From Candidatus Heimdallarchaeota archaeon (GTDB lineage: Archaea > Asgardarchaeota > Heimdallarchaeia > Heimdallarchaeales > Kariarchaeaceae), in NCBI GenBank assembly GCA_015523565.1, contig WAKA01000218.1, forward strand, positions 1 through 10,939: DNA of 10,939 nucleotides. Reading direction: 5' to 3'. This document shows, in pieces, positions 9,501 through 10,939 of the stretch. The number at the start of each line of letters is the position of its first letter. Positions within the stretch are counted from its first letter, which is position 1. The translations under genes and the position numbers were made by a program. The notes under the pieces were generated by a model. It ran no database searches. It saw only the letters and a program-made list of their open reading frames with translations, and had not been told where the DNA came from.

Positions 9501-10407
9501 TGAGAGTGCCATCAGGAATGTCATCAATTCTCCCACCCAAACCAATCTCAGAGAAATCAACGTTCCTCTTTCCAGCAGTGTCAAATAGCCAATGAGCAAC
9601 ATTGTCGAACCCCATGTTGTACAAGTTGTCGCCTGCAATAAACTCCGCTTGGATTATCCTTCCAAGGTCGTGGTTGATGATTGCCTGTGAGATGTGCTGT
9701 ACCCGATCTGACAGCCTGCGACCATCACCATACCCCAAATCTGTATTTTCAAACAATTGCCGCACTGCATCCGCCATTTCAGAGAATCTTCGGGAATTGG
9801 GCGGAAGTTTCCTGAGTGGTTCCATATATTCAGAGGCATTGGGGAATGTTGCTTCAATAACCTTCCTGATGGGGATCAGCAGGTTCCTGTGGATATCCTC
9901 AAGATACCTGACATCGTCAGTGGAGAGAAGAAGTTGCACCAGCCTGTTGGTGGCGAAGGCAGTGGCATCGTCCCCGCAGTTTGCCGCAAAGAAGAGGAAA
10001 CGACGGGTATAGATGTCGTCCACGGAGATCCCGAACTTCATGTAGTGAACGACAAAGGAAGCATCCATGAATCCCTTGAGAAAATCTTCCAGTTCCCGTT
10101 TAGAGACATGAAAATGAGGATACCGATTGATGAACCCCCTGCCATTTGTCCTTCCATACCCCTGCCTCTCATTGCAAACCATCACCTCTGCACCGCAGGG
10201 GAAAATCCGTACATCCATGAAATCCTTCACTGTCTGTGGAGTGGATCTCCCAAGCGCAAAAAGGGCAGAGCATTTGATGGGCATCAGAATGCCCGCATGA
10301 GAATCTGCAGGGACAGGGGAATCAGGCATCCCCTCATCAACAGATTCGCACACAGATTCGTTTTCATCCACATTATTCCAAATCAACTGCAATACCACCC
10401 TCTCCAT
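6544..10407 (-). CDS. Large hypothetical protein (1287 aa), possible PD-(D/E)xK nuclease-like domain at about aa 249-407
   Basis: Uninterrupted 3864-nt ORF with globular-protein composition and no evident signal peptide, TM helix or repeats. The confidence given is for it being coding; the nuclease call is much weaker. Confidence 0.9.
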   Translation of the reverse strand: MERVVLQLIWNNVDENESVCESVDEGMPDSPVPADSHAGILMPIKCSALFALGRSTPQTVKDFMDVRIFPCGAEVMVCNERQGYGRTNGRGFINRYPHFHVSKRELEDFLKGFMDASFVVHYMKFGISVDDIYTRRFLFFAANCGDDATAFATNRLVQLLLSTDDVRYLEDIHRNLLIPIRKVIEATFPNASEYMEPLRKLPPNSRRFSEMADAVRQLFENTDLGYGDGRRLSDRVQHISQAIINHDLGRIIQAEFIAGDNLYNMGFDNVAHWLFDTAGKRNVDFSEIGLGGRIDDIPDGTLKRMRDKFRRILPDNSPLDPNRLQKKHVFAIVDAYIGSVTYRLSATRMWNNHGSDSLAIMDMDDEFIDRFLQGLSPDVFDAGDAEIIGTFLRHEPNRFRMCSVEYKSSSKNRFQTVFFYGNHGKGDFSSYPDELVNTAVQINSVLRRYGILDGLPVVNSFQVHNWDPNVILDFSDTAFYEGGYRRILESDNPFEEIQTRLGNRLKEIILGSGLDDTGQQRLIHDIISEILLPHMRIRQAYYDASVVEEFFLTGEHFVFNPAMIGFSNRRDGHILTYPIDPSNPPTVPVIIDSSKRSSIVLHPDARNFRMDNEQLVFGFDIADKVNPDDNPFKLSDAEILDFFVVGNSGGLRKGSLMHYLESVADYKRAGARSKPLTVEDICDIAELKVLVDRIVEGHKDKTEIVDFLIERQPPHLKNYFCHIILDRLLKNAGSSRKCAYNGNPSGKNTTLSGLASLFINGRHMMLSKVIEAWGSEFFLKQIDEYVKIPTISPVRYDEIIITAKEPLPYNSRVPSTLGKRVLRRGFMDFKKDVQFLVKNGLDIQLADVVDAIAHAGFEGTKRLVVLPDGYGMVIASLADPLGIISLDSGGYLNNVPLDDFDNFRTVMSMVWRNQNYRFDNGADFLRFPITVLDGSVRAIGSQFFSMRLDKSLLEPKYDNMKKIWENFHLYYRFRDGNSRPITEFNKFLREVFNSKGVTDGNFQYLVEFARFGIVKTRFSYTFGILNDYLNRESLETVDRIARAHAISWETIALYEAGGRNKRRTPIGMIHRNGRAIEINDNNRIVWYLDAILSDSFDQAREPILKFKQVPKILTRVAILTGLPLEKVQKGFRLSDARFFRTGLSAQDIEFLRGMPCEVNALFVDIFRKNHMIDQKGYGDIVRIIDQHLVGRYQNPYLMDKLMKDADPAFRGLQIRMLATFLTPPGVWFAPSGRIGVKNVIGVRNDSPIAIHFVDPETVAIVNLNDLVNFIQDTLRQTIDFFRKLACG

Positions 10408-10635
10408 TTTTGATAAGCTTTCGGAACATCAAAGGAAATAATGTTGACAAACCCCCCCGATTGCCTTGACAAATTGGGAACCTGTCACCGAGACCTACAC
10501 ATCATATACCAAAAAAATCCCCAAAAAAAGCTAAAATGGAAAAATACAACAAAAAACCTGTGTTCACAAAAAAACAGGAAGACGTCCAGAATTACTAAAA
10601 AACATCACCCACGTGCTGTGGAAAGCACCATCCCG

Positions 10636-10642
10636 AAAAAAA
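10636..10642 (-). terminator. Oligo-T tract directly after the tRNA 3' end
   Basis: The minus strand reads ...GGCTCA-TTTTTTT, consistent with an archaeal oligo-T terminator of the original tRNA gene. Confidence 0.5.
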
Positions 10643-10689
10643 TGAGCCATGCCAGATTTGAACTGGCGACCTCACGGTTATCAGCCGTG
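10643..10689 (-). tRNA. tRNA-Ile(GAT) 3' fragment (positions 27-73), probable att site; not an intact tRNA
   Basis: Minus strand: anticodon arm CACGG-CTGATAA-CCGTG, variable loop AGGTC, T arm GCCAG-TTCAAAT-CTGGC, acceptor 3' strand ATGGCTC, discriminator A, no CCA. The upstream sequence (CATTGGTTCCGCGTGATATTT) provides no D arm or acceptor 5' strand. Confidence 0.9.
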
Positions 10690-10939
10690 AAATATCACGC
10701 GGAACCAATGATAGATAAATTCATTATTTACGGTCAGTCCATAATTTGCATTCCAAAAGGGACATCAGCAGTTCAAGTTTTCCAGATAATGTTAAAATGT
10801 TTTGTTTAAGATAAAAGCAAGGAAATTCACATCCATCTGTTCCAACAATCCCGTTGGCTACAAGTTCTTGCATAGTAGGAACCATATAATCATTCCACCA
10901 TTCCTTTTCGTCCTCAATATCCCCGCCATTATAATAATA
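10690..10939. mobile_element. Probable end of a tRNA-Ile-integrated element extending beyond the right edge
   Basis: Inferred only from the position and orientation of the tRNA 3' fragment. No integrase is visible in the window. Confidence 0.55.
10724..10939 (-). CDS. C-terminal 71 aa of a hypothetical protein entering from the right edge
   Basis: Open frame from 10939 to TAA at 10724-10726: YYYNGGDIEDEKEWWNDYMVPTMQELVANGIVGTDGCEFPCFYLKQNILTLSGKLELLMSLLECKLWTDRK. It is not in the supplied ORF track. Confidence 0.6.
   Translation of the reverse strand, partial: YYYNGGDIEDEKEWWNDYMVPTMQELVANGIVGTDGCEFPCFYLKQNILTLSGKLELLMSLLECKLWTDRK

Noticed and set aside
6580-10413. Many + strand ORFs (up to 218 aa) antisense to the giant gene, and similar shadows on other genes
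   Set aside because: These are typical antisense shadow ORFs of real coding sequence and carry no motifs.
10643-10720. Intact or intron-containing tRNA-Ile
   Set aside because: There is no D arm or acceptor 5' strand (GAGCCAT-like) in the upstream sequence within the window, and no bulge-helix-bulge is evident.
10441-10809. 122-aa Lys-rich + strand ORF
   Set aside because: It is a translation of A-tracts and the antisense tRNA fragment (ARFELATSRLSA is a typical reverse-tRNA artefact).
1-10939. CRISPR array, rRNA, transposase or integrase
   Set aside because: I saw no regularly spaced repeats, rRNA-like segments, or DDE/recombinase motifs by eye.

Overview
Probably archaeal DNA. The evidence is a CCA-less, archaeal-style tRNA-Ile(GAT) 3' fragment and BRE/TATA-like boxes about 25 nt before probable leaderless starts. 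An Asgard-type host is plausible from the MCP tip sequence, but that is inference only. The left part (1-3940) holds a GNAT acetyltransferase, an atypical SDR/NAD-dependent epimerase that has lost its N-terminal nucleotide-binding motif, an M19 membrane-dipeptidase family protein with an HxD->HxA change, and a short 4-TM MCP-like protein. The right part (4330-10939) looks accessory or defence-related. It contains a decayed AbrB/MazE-type antitoxin with a possible toxin stub, an ABC-type (AAA_21/OLD-like) ATPase coupled to a TOPRIM-motif (DUF4276/RloB-like) protein, and a convergent 1287-aa orphan with a possible expanded PD-(D/E)xK nuclease motif. It ends with a 47-nt 3' fragment of tRNA-Ile(GAT) that looks like an att site of an element extending past the right edge. 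The best novelty candidate is the ATPase-TOPRIM pair plus the giant orphan at a tRNA integration site. All functional calls come from reading motifs by eye; no searches were run.
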